64,000 nt of DNA, taken from positions 1-64,000 of the forward strand of contig NIVC01002564.1 in NCBI GenBank assembly GCA_002269645.1. The letters run 5' to 3'. The translations under genes and the position numbers were made by a program. The notes beneath the pieces were generated by a model. The model saw only the letters and a program-made list of their open reading frames with translations, made no database searches and was not told where the DNA came from. Shown in pieces: positions 1-46,621 of this stretch (position 1 is its first letter; the number at the start of each line of letters is the position of its first letter). Source of the DNA: Macrostomum lignano (lineage: Eukaryota).

Positions 1-300
1 AAGTGAATAGCACTTTCTAGCTTATTAGCCGTTAAACTCCCGCACACATTATACCACTCGAAATGTTCCACAATTGTTAGAATTTTTTCTATGAAATGTC
101 ACATCATTTTGCAAATAACACACACTGAATCGCTTTCCGATCGGAATACATGCCTGTACGAGTACATGTAAACGCTAAGCCATATGGATTATATTTGACA
201 GTATCTTAAAGTGCATGCTGAGAGGAAAAAAAAGTGTTCACATCTATCACTCGACATGACGAAGGGAGCATGAAGGTGTGCAGGCATGCGTGTGTATTTT

Positions 301-598
301 GAATTCAAAGTTATATTATGTGAGTTTCGCAGATTCAAAATATTGGCAAAATTGTTAGTGTGTGTTCAAGCCCAAGCCATTTTATAGTTTATGTCATTAA
401 TCCCGCGTTGTTCAAAGTCAACTTGCTTTAATACCAGCCTCCCCTCTTTCTCAAATATAAAGCTTTTGCCCGGCTCTGCTGAGTATTCATCTGCGAATAT
501 CATACATGAATTCTTGCCTGCACACTAGTGCGTGCTATGGTCACAACAGAATTCAAAGTTATATTATGTGAGTTTCGAAGATTCAAAATATTGCAAAA
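301..598. repeat. Two copies of a ~50-bp direct repeat (301-351 and 549-598)
   Basis: gaattcaaagttatattatgtgagtttcg(c/a)agattcaaaatatt occurs twice, 248 bp apart. Confidence 0.85.
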
Positions 599-989
599 CA
601 TTGGAACAATAAATAAAATTTTCTTCGCTGACTCGCCCAAATCTTCTTATAATCAAACTATACATAATTCGAAATTCATGATTTTCGTCGAAATTCACTC
701 TGATTTCCCGGAGTGCAGATAACTGCTTACACTTTCGTATCGGAAATTGACTCAGTCGTCCATTACAGCTTGGCTACAGGCCGGCTTGAGTGAAGAAGAG
801 TTGCACTGGGCTTGTTCATGTGAATTATTAAGACAGATTACATTATTACTTCTACAGCGATGGCCTGTGACGCCTGACAGGACCGAGGAAGATTATCGGA
901 TAAATGAAAGCCTTATTACACTAACTTGCCGATCTCCTATCTCTTTCTGTCGTCCATTCCGTGCTCTCTCGGTGTCGCCCTCTCGCTCA

Positions 990-1293
990 TAGCTTTCCCG
1001 TCTCCTTTTCTCTCTATCTCTATCTCCCTCCTTTTTACCCCTCTCTCTGTCTTCCTCTCTCTTCTAGTTATACGTCTCGCCCTCTCTCTCTCCTAACTCT
1101 ATCATTTAGAGTTTAGAGTTTAGAGTTTATCATTTAGAGAAAGGAGATAGGGGAGATAGATAGATATATCTCGCCTACGTCCCGTTACTCCATCTGCTCT
1201 CTCTCTCTCCTACTTTCTCTGTCTCCCTACCTTTTCTCTCCTAACTCCCTACCTCCCTCTCTCTTCTACGCTCTGCCTTCCTCTGTCCCCTAA

Positions 1294-1338
<45 letters not shown>

Positions 1339-1350
1339 GTCTATCTATCT
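990..1350. repeat. CT-rich low-complexity tract ending in (CT)n
   Basis: Direct inspection. Confidence 0.85.
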
Positions 1351-1697
1351 CTTTTGTATAAATTATATATTTTTTGCGCTACATTCAACTGGGTAATCAA
1401 GGAGATTGCCGACATCAACACGGATTAATCGAGGCTAAATTTTAAGCTGAGAATCTGCTTATAGCTCTGTTCGAGTTAGCAAGCTCAAGGGCCAATAACA
1501 AATATGATGCGCTTAAGAAATTCTTTTTATCTTTCGCATGCAAGAAATATGGGTTCAGATGTTGTCAAATGCGAGAGGTCGGATTTCTTTATTGCCATGA
1601 AGGTACTAATCGGCTGAGGAATTTGAAGACAAGCACGAAAACGCATTGGATATCAAAAATAATCATGAGAAGCCGTTCTTGCTTTTATTTCGACAAG

Positions 1698-2622
<925 letters not shown>

Positions 2623-3217
2623 ACGCAAGCAAAATCCGCCTCAGAAGATCTCAGGGTAAAGAAAAGCCTTTGAAGAAGAGGCAGAAGACGTCAAAGCCAA
2701 GCTCTGGAGGCCAGTGGCAGGGCCAGTGATTAGTTGGCTGAGCCCTAGGCTGTCGAATGGTCCGCTTGGTCACTCAATTTTTGGCGTAGTATCAGTCAGT
2801 CATCTAATGGAGTGCACAAAAGACTTGCATTATTCAGGCGCAGCCTCAGGAGAGACAGGAGGTAGATAGCATAGACAGTCCGCTTATCAATTATCGTGTG
2901 GTGGACTCTCTCTCTAACCCTCTCATCTCTCTTCCACCCCTCATCCCCATGCATTTTCCTGTGCTCCCATCCATCCGCTTGTTACTTTGGCGTTCGGAAT
3001 GCCATTTTTTGCTAAGTTACGTGGCGCAGGGACAGAACATGAGAACCATCATCCGCATATGCAAATGTATAGACGCAGCGTCTAATATCCGATGGCGAAC
3101 GAAGCCTAATGAAACCCGACATGAGCGATCTGGGGAGGCATAGACTTTTGGTGAGCTAATTGAGTTTCATGCCAGAATCAGTGTCGGTTTGTGGCCCTCC
3201 AAATAGAGACATTATCT

Positions 3218-3480
3218 GTCTAGTGTCCTAGTGTCCTAGTGTCCTAGTGTCCTAGTGTCCTAGTGTCTTCGTGTCTTCGTGTCCTAGTGTCCTAGTGTCC
3301 TAGTGTCTTCGTGTCCTAGTGTCCTAGTGTCTTCGTGTCCTAATGTCTTAGTGTCTTCGTGTCCTAGTGTCCTATAGTGTCCTAGTGTCTTCGTTTCCTA
3401 GTGTCCTAGTGTCCTGTGTCCTAATGTCCTATTGTCCCTAGTGTTTTGGTAGTTTCCTAGTGTCCTAGGTAGTGTCCTAG
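3218..3480 (+). repeat. 8-bp minisatellite (GTGTCCTA)n
   Basis: Repeated tagtgtcc with tcgtgtct variants. Confidence 0.95.
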
Positions 3481-3497
3481 CGTCTGTGTGTCTCTGT

Positions 3498-3538
<41 letters not shown>

Positions 3539-3663
3539 ATGCATGCTGACCTACACATTCGCGTGATAGCTTAAAGGTCATCAGCTGTGGGAGTTTTCCC
3601 AAGCACACACTATTGACCATAAACTCATTCTAAATCCACAGAATCGTTTTTGCTTTCTCAGCA

Positions 3664-3773
<110 letters not shown>

Positions 3774-4189
3774 TTATATTTTCTTGTCGCCGCCCAAACC
3801 GCGATTGGATTTCGGATTTCCCCATCAAACTGACCAACGCTGTGGGTGGGGAGACTGGGCGGTCGTGGGCGGTCGTGTTTAATGAGTGTAGGATCACTGG
3901 GGGGGAGTGTGCGGTTGGTTATGGAAAGAATATGGATGATGACGATAGGAGGGGAAGAGAAGAATCCTAGTTTTCTATCCCTCTATGAGTACGCCTATAC
4001 GATATTCCCAACTGTGACTTAGACTATACTAGTTTTAGTTGCCATACCCGCAGGCTGTTTGGCTGGAAGAGAGTGTATGGGGCTGGCGGGGGGGGGGGTG
4101 TCGCGGATCCCCTCCCTTGAACTGCGCACAGGGCGCACAGGGTAAAGGATATTTCTTCCCTTACGCCCTTGCTGCAGAACTGCGTCCTT

Positions 4190-4565
4190 AGCTGTTGGCT
4201 AGGGAAAGATTTGGCCTCCTCTTTCTCTCTTCTTCCCTCTTCTTTGAACGGCGAGGCCCTGCCTGCTCCCCCGTCGGCCAATGGAACAGCGGAGGCCTGC
4301 AGAGTAGCGGGCTCTTGGCGGCGGTGCTCGCAGCTGGTTGCCTTGGCTGGTCTCCCGCGCTTGGGGTCTCGTGGGGGCGCCGAGACCCATCCCCACTGCT
4401 ACTGAGGCGATAAGACGGCTGGCGCGTTGTTAAAGATTTCGCGTGTTGAAGAAGATTCTCGAATTTTTGCTTCTTCTGCTGGGACGATTTTTGCCGATTG
4501 GAAACAGCAGCAGCTGAGCAGCTGGGAGGACTTCGGAGCTAGCGGCGATCCCCCTGCTTGACGAG
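4190..4565 (+). promoter_or_regulatory. Possible promoter / non-coding 5' exon of the sif-like gene
   Basis: GC-rich unique sequence with CCAAT at 4278, ending in a donor-like GAG|GTGCGT at 4565/4566. It could splice to the acceptor TTTCAG| at 8717, 12 nt before the sif ATG. No transcript evidence. Confidence 0.3.
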
Positions 4566-4588
4566 GTGCGTGACAGGTTGGCCTCCCA

Positions 4589-5843
<1,255 letters not shown>

Positions 5844-6429
5844 TTATCTTGCACACTATTACTGCTCCATTGTGAGTCTCATTTCTGGCCTGAAGACAGC
5901 GGTCGCAAGAACAGATGTGTGGCTCAATGCAGTCCCTGACAATGGAACACAATGCAGGTTCACCTCTCTCTCTCACCTAGTTGCCCATGAAGAACAGATC
6001 GATTTATTTAACTTTCTACCCCCGCTACTTTAACAGTTAAGAGGTTCCATGATCCTAAAAATACCCTTTGCTGTTTAGTTTCTACTTTTTTCTTTGAGCA
6101 GATTTTCCCATACAGGCCAGCTTAGCTGACCTCAGAACCGCTAGCGCAGACAGTTGCTAAGCAGGCCGCGCAAAGCTGTTTTGTCTAAGAGGGTTAGTAG
6201 CGAAGCTTTTACTTCACTACTGCTATGCTTGTGGGCATGTGTTTTGCTTGATCATTATCTAATCTTTCTGCTGACTGAAAGAAGAAAGTCAAAGACTTTT
6301 AATCACCGTTTGCTGCCACGTTTTAATGTAGCAATTAGCTAGATTGCTTTTAGCTGAGTTATCGTTTCATCTCTTTGGCTTTAGCGGGTTTTGTAGCAAA
6401 TTGGCGCGAACAATGGACTCGGGTGCCAG

Positions 6430-8380
6430 TAGAGCTACCCTAGGTGTCAGGGGGTGCTACTCTGTGTCATGGAGTGCTACTCTAGGAGTCAGGGGGTGCT
6501 ACTCTAGATGTCAGGGGTGCTACTCTAGATGTCAGGGGTGCTACTCTAGATGTCAGGGGGTGCTACTCTAGATGTCAGGGGTGCTACTCTAGATGTCAGG
6601 GGTGCTACTCTAGATGTCAGGGGTGCTACTCTAGGTGTCAGGGGTGCTACTTTAGGTGTCAGGGGTGCTACTTTAGGTGTCAGGGGTGCTACTCTAGGTG
6701 TCAGGGGTGCTACTCTGTGTCATGGGGTGCTACTCTGTGTCATGGGGTGTTACTCTATGTGTCATGAGGTGCTACTCTAGGTGTCAGGGGTGCTGCTCTG
6801 TGTCATGGGGTGCTACTCTGTGTCATGGGGTGCTACTCTGTGTCATGGGGTGCTACTCTGTGTCATGGGGTGCTACTCTGTGTCATGGGGTGCTACTCTA
6901 GGTGTCAGGGGTACTGCTCTGTGTCATGGGGTGCTACTCTAGGTGTCAGAGGTGCTACTCTAGGTGTCATGGGGTGCTACTTTAGGTGTCAGAGGTGCTA
7001 CTCTATGTCATGGGGTGCTACTCTAGGTGTCAGGGGGTGCTACTCTAGGTGTCAGGGGGTGCTACTCTAGGTGTCAGGGGGTGCTACTCTAGGTGTCAGG
7101 GGGTGCTACTCTAGGTGTCAGGGGGTGCTACTCTAAGTGTCAGGGGTGCTACTCTGTGTCATGGGTGCTGCTACTCTAGGTGTCAGGGGGTGCTACTCTA
7201 GGTGTCAGGGGTGCTACTCTAGGTGTCAGGGGTGCTACTCTAGGTGTCAGGGGTGCTGCTCTGTGCCATTGGGTGCTACTTAAGGTGTCAGGGGGTGCTA
7301 CTCTAGGTGTCAGGGGTACTGCTCTGTGTCATGGGGTGCTACTTTAGGTGTCATGGGGTGCTACTTTAGGTGTCAGAGGTGCTACTCTATGTCATGGGGT
7401 GCTACTCTAGGTGTCAGGGGTGCCACTCTGTGTCATGGGGTGCTACTCTAGGTGTTAGGGGGTGCTACTCTAGGTGTCAGGGGGTGCTACTCTAGGTTTC
7501 ACGGGGTGCTACTCTAAGTGTCAGGGGTGCTACTCTGTGTCATGGGGTGCTGCTACTCTAGGTGTCAGGGGGTGCTACTCTAGGTGTCAGGGGTGCTACT
7601 CTAGGTGTCAGGGGTGCTACTCTAGGTGTCAGGGGTGCTGCTCTGTGCCATTGGGTGCTACTTAAGGTGTCATGGGGTGCTACTCTAGGTGTCAGGGGGT
7701 GCTACTCTAGGTGTCAGGGGGGGGGGCTACTCTAGGTGTCAGGGGGTGCTACTCTAAGTGTCAGGGGTGCTACTCTGTGTCATGGGGTGCTGCTACTCTA
7801 GGTGTCAGGGGGTGCTACTCTAGGTGTCAGGGGTGCTACTCTAGGTGTCAGGGGTGCTGCTCTGTGCCATTGGGTGCTACTTAAGGTGTCATGGGGTGCT
7901 ACTCTAGGTGTCAGGGGGTGCTACTCTAGGTGTCAGGGGGTGCTACTCTAGGTGTCAGGGGGTGCTACTCTAGGTGTCAGGGGGTGCTACTCTAAGTGTC
8001 AGGGGTGCTACTCTGTGTCATGGGGTGCTGCTACTCTAGGTGTCAGGGGGTGCTACTCTAGGTGTCAGGGGTGCTACTCTAGGTGTCAGGGGTGCTACTC
8101 TAGGTGTCAGGGGTGCTGCTCTGTGCCATTGGGTGCTACTTAAGGTGTCAGGGGGTGCTACTCTAGGTGTCAGGGGTACTGCTCTGTGTCATGGGGTGCT
8201 ACTCTAGGTGTCATGGGGTGCTACTTTAGGTGTCAGAGGTGCTACTCTATGTCATGGGGTGCTACTCCAGGTGTCAGGGGTGCCACTCTGTGTCATGGGG
8301 TGCTACTCTAGGTGTCATGGGGTGCTACTCTAGGTGTCAGGGGGTTCTACTCTAGGTGTCAGGGGTGCTACTCTAGGGCG
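6430..8380 (+). repeat. 20-21-bp minisatellite (GGGGTGCTACTCTAGGTGTCA)n, ~1.95 kb
   Basis: About 90 variant units with higher-order re-use of variant blocks. Confidence 0.97.
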
Positions 8381-8729
8381 GTAAGTGGACCCTTAATTAA
8401 CCCTTAAATGCCACTAAAAGTTATAGTCCTTTACAATGCTAGTTTATGTAACTAACTAGCAAGCTAGTTCGGGCAAGCTAAATACTCTTACAACAGGTGC
8501 CTACAGGCTCTAGCTGCAGTCTCATCTTGGCTACTCAACGACTGTTAGGCATCATTAGCAAAAGACTCAGCTCCTACTCTTCACTTGAAGCTTGAAGTTG
8601 ATGACAAGCCAAGTTGGATTGCTTTGGGGATAGGTTTCTTTTCACGGAAAAGCTCATTCATAATCCTGCATCCCATCACATCACACCCCATCCAACCGCA
8701 CCCCCCCCCCGTTTCAGTTTTTCGTCGCT

Positions 8730-40612
<31,883 letters not shown>

Positions 40613-40667
40613 TTGGCAGAGCCAATAGCTGCCCGATTACTCAAATTCCAGCGGATGATCGGCAGAC

Positions 40668-40673
40668 AATAAA
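40668..40673 (+). terminator. Probable polyadenylation signal of sif
   Basis: AATAAA 56 nt after the stop, followed by a T/GT-rich tract. Confidence 0.6.
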
Positions 40674-42240
40674 TTTAGTATTACAAGTTATTTTCCTTCG
40701 TTGTTGTTGTCTTATATCATGAGCTACGAAATTTTGCATATTTTGGGAATCGGATTAAAAAATCCGAGGTTAAAAATCCTTGAGATTCATGCATGGCAAT
40801 TGAGGGTATTCAAGTTTGACATATTTGCATTTTTTTAATTAACACACGGAAATTGATTTTTAACTTTCATAAGGTTTAAAATACCTTTTGTTTTAAATAT
40901 TAGTAAACTCAACATTAAGTTATTTAAATATTTAAATTAAAACTAACAAACAATTTTAATGCAATGAAGTATAGTTACGACAAATTTATCCGAGAAATAA
41001 CAATAATAAAATTATAAAATATTGACTTCCGAATACACCTTCTTGTACCCACTCTGTACCATAAGGTACTTCTGTGAGTTTTTGTTACAAATTACATGTA
41101 TTTCCGTGTTTTGAAAAAACAAGGTACAAAAACTTTGTACCATCTATATTGATGGTATTGATAGCTATAGAGGGCATTTTACAGTTATAGATTGACTTAA
41201 AAGCTATTGATGTCACAATACAAAAATTAATTTCACAGTATAATAATTGATGGTAATTAGTACAGTAGGCATATTGTTCATATACAATCAGTATTGAAAT
41301 TATTAAGCATGGCTGGTTATGCTTCATCCACACGTATATGCCTTTCTATTATAAATTTATAACTTTTCTTTAGTAACTAATTAAAACAAATTTAAATTAC
41401 CAAACAAAGTTCAAATGACTAATCTAATTTTACTACCAATTATTAATTAAAGTCTACAGCGTTCTGTTGTATACTGTACTTCAAATGTACTTTTTACAGT
41501 TGTAAATTAAATATTTATGCATTGTAGAAAATTCTTTGATAAGAATTGTAATAATTTCTCCAATGGTAAATATTGTTAAGATGAAAACATATCAGCACTG
41601 CTTCAATAAGATATATAAAAATATTTTGTTTTGCATGTTTGTTTTGATTTTCATCTTGTTTGTTATTCTGTCTGCGCACAATAAAATTGAATTGGCGCCT
41701 GAGAATTCGTTAATTGTTGAGCTATGAGAAAAAATCGAACTATATATACATACTTAATTATTAACTCAATTATGTCTTCTGCTGTGTTGGATTGCCGATA
41801 TGAAATTTATCAAAACTGACAAAAGTATACTAATTTTTAATACTGTTTTGTTATACTGAACTCAATTAATATTTACCTTTATTTAAACTCTTTTTTTGAC
41901 AAGCTACGTACAGCTGGAGTTACGCATCATATAAGTTAAATTACACACTTCAAGCTCCCGTGTGACTCGAGAAATAAAAATAAGACAAAATTATTCGAGA
42001 TGAGATTGCAATTCCCATTAGCAAAGCGAAGCAAATTATTAGCTTAAAAGAGATTTTAAACCAAAATAAGCCATAGACAGCAAGGCAGCGAAACAGATAG
42101 CAAATTATTGTCTATGTCAGCTCGGCTACCTCTGGCAGATTAGAGTACGAACAGTGAGGTCGTATATGATCTGAATCGGGTGGCACAAATCCTCAGCCGC
42201 TAACCGCGGACTACCGCAAGAGATCAATCTAAAAGCAATC

Positions 42241-43638
42241 ATGCCGTTCAATTTTCCCTGCCGAGCTCGCGACTTATTCCCAGTGGATCTGGGCATCGAT
42301 TTGAAAGCAATGCAACCGGAGATACTGCAGTGCAAACGACGCTTTCAGCAGGACCTATGGAACACAATCTGCAATAGGGTGCTGCAAGAGCAGTCTAACT
42401 GGAAGGATGAGAAAGACGAAAACGAGAAAGGCAGCGAGAAAGGCAGCGAGAAAGGCAGCGAGAAAGGCAACGAGAAAGGCAACGAGAAAGGCAACGAGAA
42501 AGGCAACGGAGACGGCAGCGGCGATAGCGGCAAGAGCAAGGAAAAAAGAAAGGAAAGCAAAGTGGAACAGAAGAAGAAAGAAGAAAAGTCAGAAGAAAAG
42601 TCGGAGGAAAAGGCGGAAGAGAATTCTGAGGAAAAGATGGAGGAGAAGTCTGAAGAGAAGATGGAGGAGAAGTACGAGGAGAAGACAGAAGAGAAATACG
42701 AGGAGAATTACGAGGAGAAGACGGAAGAGAGGGTGGAAGAGAGCGGCGAAGGTTTTAGAAGAGGCTCTGAGAGACCCGAAGGCGAAAGCGAAGGCGATGG
42801 AGGCGGCGGTGGCGGCGGCGAGGGCGAGGGCGAAGGCAACGAAAACAACGCGATGCGGGCAGCAAACCGCAGCAACGCCAGGCGAGCGCTGCAGCAACGG
42901 AGCACTAAAAGCAGAACGCAACAGCAGCAGCAGCAACAGCAGCGGAAGCCGGCAACGGCAACAAGACCGCGACTTCTTCCATCGGCATCAGCGTCAAAGC
43001 AGCATCAGGAGCAGCAGCAGCAGAAACCGAAGCAGCTACAGCAACAGCCGCCGCAGCGGCGGTCTCGAGGCTTCAATGAAGGTCTTCAACAGCAGCTGCC
43101 TCTGCCTCGTCGCTACGGAATCGCCAGCGGTGGTGGCAGCGGTGGCGGCGGCGAGCTATCGAACTTTCTGCGCCGAATCCAACCGCTGGAAGGCGTACTG
43201 GATTGGCGCGGCGGAGGTTCCGGGAGTCGGGCGCGTTTCGCGACAGACGCCACGCAGCCGCCGCCGCCTGCGACAGTCCTGCCGCCGGTGCTGGCTCACG
43301 TGACCCCGGCGGGCGCCACCGCCCGATCCTATTCGGCTACGAGTCGGCGAGAAATTCTCGGCTTCGCCGACGATGTAAACGAGGACGACGGAGCGGCCTC
43401 GCTAGAGGCGTCGGAGATCGTCCATGAGGTGCAGCTGTTCCAGAGTAACTCGTTTGCGGCTGCCGAGGCGCCGAGAATCGGAACCTACTACAGCGACCTG
43501 GACACCGATTCCTACTATCTGAACAGGGACCGGGTGGACGGCGCCACAACAGACTCTGCTGACAAAGCCAACGCATTTGTGCCGCTCTTTGTTGGCAGCT
43601 GGTGGGCCTGCGGCGGCCAGAGAAGCTTTCAGATTTGA
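42241..43638 (+). CDS. Hypothetical 465-aa protein: unique N-terminus, KGSE/KGNE and EEK repeats, polyQ, unique C-terminus
   Basis: Uninterrupted GC-rich ORF within AT-rich flanks, with coding-like codon usage. No family recognised; start uncertain. Confidence 0.6.
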   Translation: MPFNFPCRARDLFPVDLGIDLKAMQPEILQCKRRFQQDLWNTICNRVLQEQSNWKDEKDENEKGSEKGSEKGSEKGNEKGNEKGNEKGNGDGSGDSGKSKEKRKESKVEQKKKEEKSEEKSEEKAEENSEEKMEEKSEEKMEEKYEEKTEEKYEENYEEKTEERVEESGEGFRRGSERPEGESEGDGGGGGGGEGEGEGNENNAMRAANRSNARRALQQRSTKSRTQQQQQQQQRKPATATRPRLLPSASASKQHQEQQQQKPKQLQQQPPQRRSRGFNEGLQQQLPLPRRYGIASGGGSGGGGELSNFLRRIQPLEGVLDWRGGGSGSRARFATDATQPPPPATVLPPVLAHVTPAGATARSYSATSRREILGFADDVNEDDGAASLEASEIVHEVQLFQSNSFAAAEAPRIGTYYSDLDTDSYYLNRDRVDGATTDSADKANAFVPLFVGSWWACGGQRSFQI

Positions 43639-43924
43639 CGCCAACTTTTGACGTTTGACCTTAATTGTCTCTCTTTCTCTCTCCGTCTTTGTAGCAACAG
43701 AAAAACGATGCGAATAATTTTTTTCTCAATTAAAAACTGGCTCTTTGCTCGACGGGAGATGGAAGTAATATTTTTTTACGTTTTTTTAATAGTACAAACA
43801 CGAGACAAAAGATGCACGAACGGTTTCCGAAATACAACTTAGTGCTATTTTGATGATATTTTTACTCGATTTTTTCTTTCTTGTGTCTTAATCGGAACTG
43901 GATGGGATGTTGCTGCCGAGCAGA

Positions 43925-44745
43925 CTGTTTGGTGTCTAACAAGATGGTTTGGTGTCTAACAAGATGGTTTGGTGTCTAACAAGATGGTTGTGTGTCTAAC
44001 AAGATGGTTTGGTGTCTAACAAGATGGTTTGGTGTCTAACAACATGGTTGTGTGTCTAACAAGATGGTTTGGTGTCTAACAGGATGGTTTGGTGTCTAAC
44101 AACATGGTTGTGTGTCTAACAAGATGGTTTGGTGTCTAACAGGATGGTTTTGTGTCTAACAGAATGGTTTGGTGTCTAACAGGATGGTTTGGTGTCTAAC
44201 AGGATGGTTTGGTGTCTAATAGGATGGTTGTGTGTCTAACAAGATGGTTTGGTGTCTAACAAGATGGTTTGGTGTCTAACAAGATGGTTTGGTGTCTAAC
44301 AACATGGTTGTGTGTCTAACAAGATGGTTTGGTGTCTAACAGGATGGTTTGGTGTCTAACAACATGGTTGTGTGTCTAACAAGATGGTTTGGTGTCTAAC
44401 AGGATGGTTTGGTGTCTAACAGAATGGTTTGGTGTCTAACAGGATGGTTTGGTGTCTAACAGAATGGTTTGGTGTCTAACAAGATGGTTTGGTGTCTAAC
44501 AGGATGGTTTGGTGTCTAACAGGATGGTTTGGTGTCCAACAGGATGGTTTGGTGTCTAACAGAGTTATTTGGTATCTAACAGGATGGTTTTGTTTCTAAC
44601 AAGATGGTTTGTGTCTAACAGGATGGTTTGGTGTCTAACAGAATGGTTTGGTGTCTAACAGAATGGTTTGGTGTCTAACAGGATGGTTTGGTGTCTAACA
44701 GGATGGTTTGGTGTCTAACAGGATAGTTTTGTGTCTAACAAGTTG
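43925..44745 (+). repeat. 20-bp minisatellite (GGTGTCTAACAGGATGGTTT)n
   Basis: About 41 units. Confidence 0.97.
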
Positions 44746-45139
44746 GAACGGTTTTTACAAGCTCAGCGCCCTATTCAAGCCAATTGCGTCAGACAAGTTA
44801 GAACTTTGATAAAAAATCAATATTTAACTTCATTTGTTAAGAACAATTTCGAAGCGTTAGGCAAAATCGAAGAGGTAAAAAACAGATCACACCTCGACAT
44901 TAACAAGTGTACATTTATTTAATTGCTATATACATCTACGTTTCATTCAATTCGCAGAGAGAAGTCTAAGAAAATTTTTAGGAAATAAACTAGCAAATTC
45001 AACTAAACTAAAGAATAACACATTTAAAAAAATAAACGAAGCTACAAATACAATAGATATGCAGTTTTTGACTTCAGTGCAGGATTTATACAAGTAATAA
45101 TGATGTAAACGTAATCATCATGAAGTAGAAGTAAAAGCC

Positions 45140-45932
45140 TCTATGACCCATCTATGACCCTCAGCTGGCTGCTAAATGTAGCTAACCCCCTCTATGACCC
45201 TTCAGCTGGCTGCTAAATGTAGCTAACCCCCTCTATGACCCTTCAGCTGGCTGCTAAATGTAGCTAACCCCCTCTATGACCCTTCAGCTAGCTGCTAAAT
45301 GTAGCTAACCCCCTCTATGACCCTTCAGCTAGCTGCTAAATGTAGCTAACCCCCTCTATGACCCTTCAGCTGGCTGCTAAATGTAGCTAACCCCCTCTAT
45401 GACCCTTCAGCTGGCTGCTAAATGTAGCTAACCCCCTCTATGACCCTTCAGCTGGCTGCTAAATGTAGCTAACCCCCTCTATGACCCTTCAGCTAGCTGC
45501 TAAATGTAGCTAACCCCCTCTATGACCCTTCAGCTAGCTGCTAAATGTAGCTAACCCCCTCTATGACCCTTCAGCTAGCTGCTAAATGTAGCTAACCCCC
45601 TCTATGACCCTTCAGCTGGCTGCTAAATGTAGCTAACCCCCTCTATGACCCTTCAGCTGGCTGCTAAATGTAGCTAACCCCCTCTATGACCCTTCAGCTA
45701 GCTGCTAAATGTAGCTAACCCCCTCTATGACCCTTCAGCTAGCTGCTAAATGTAGCTAACCCCCTCTATGACCCTTCAGCTGGCTGCTAAATGTAGCTAA
45801 CCCCTCTATGACCCTTCAGCTGGCTGCTAAATGTAGCTAACCCCTCTATGACCCTTCAGCTGGCTGCTAAATGTAGCTAACCCCCTCTATGACCCTTCAG
45901 CTAGCTGCTAAATGTAGCTAACCCCCTCTATG
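45140..45932 (+). repeat. 41-bp minisatellite (CTATGACCCTTCAGCTRGCTGCTAAATGTAGCTAACCCCCT)n
   Basis: About 19 highly homogeneous units; starts ~65 nt downstream of the TMEM187 stop. Confidence 0.97.
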
Positions 45933-45995
45933 ACAGTTCAAAACTATGAAACAACAAACTGTAAACAGAGATTCAAAAACATAACGAAAAGATTA

Positions 45996-46573
45996 TCAGG
46001 CCAGCTTCCGTCCGTCATCATTGCCAGCCGCAATCAAGGCAACGCATTCAAATGCCTTACAGACGCAGTGAATCTGCATGACATCGGCCAGTTTAGACAG
46101 AAAATGACCGGACACAATCCGAAACACTGCGGGGCACAGATTAGCCAGTTCGTGATCCAACAGTTTTAATCCGACAAAGCCGACACAGCTGAGAGCAGCC
46201 AAAGCCACATTCTTAATCAGACCAGTCGCAGAAGACAGCCCAGGATAAAGGCACAGGAAAATCCCTGAACCCATCGCTGCAGACACGTGCAAAGTCAGCG
46301 CCAATTCGAAACCAACATCGGTTACTACTGCTAGTAGGTAGCTAAGCAACGATGCAACCATTGTAATTAAAATAGGACCAGCTGATAAATGGCCAGTTAC
46401 GGTGGAGATCACCCAGATTGGAACCCAGGCAAAGAATGGCAGAGTTACCCATTGGTCTACAACTGCCAGGTTGTGCGACATTCGTACAATCCGGGCTAAT
46501 TGCACCGGCCCGTAGGCTGTTGCCATGACGGCGAATACGCTGAATAAATAGGCCGCATCGCGAGATAAACTGC
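45996..46573 (-). CDS. TMEM187: TMEM187 exon 2
   Basis: FAVMATAYGPVQLARI...DQWVTLPFFAW...SCVGFVGLKLLDHELA...GHFLSKLADVMQIH matches human TMEM187 (YGPVQW, DQWLTLPIFAW, GHFWSKVCDVLQFH). Acceptor CCGCAG|, phase 1. Confidence 0.93.
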
Positions 46574-46621
46574 CTGCGGATTGGGATGATGCGGGAACGT
46601 GCGGACTTCGTTAATCTGCAT

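Noticed and set aside
3540-3590. Hammerhead ribozyme candidate (minus-strand CTGATGA)
   Set aside because: No correctly placed GAAA core or three-stem junction.
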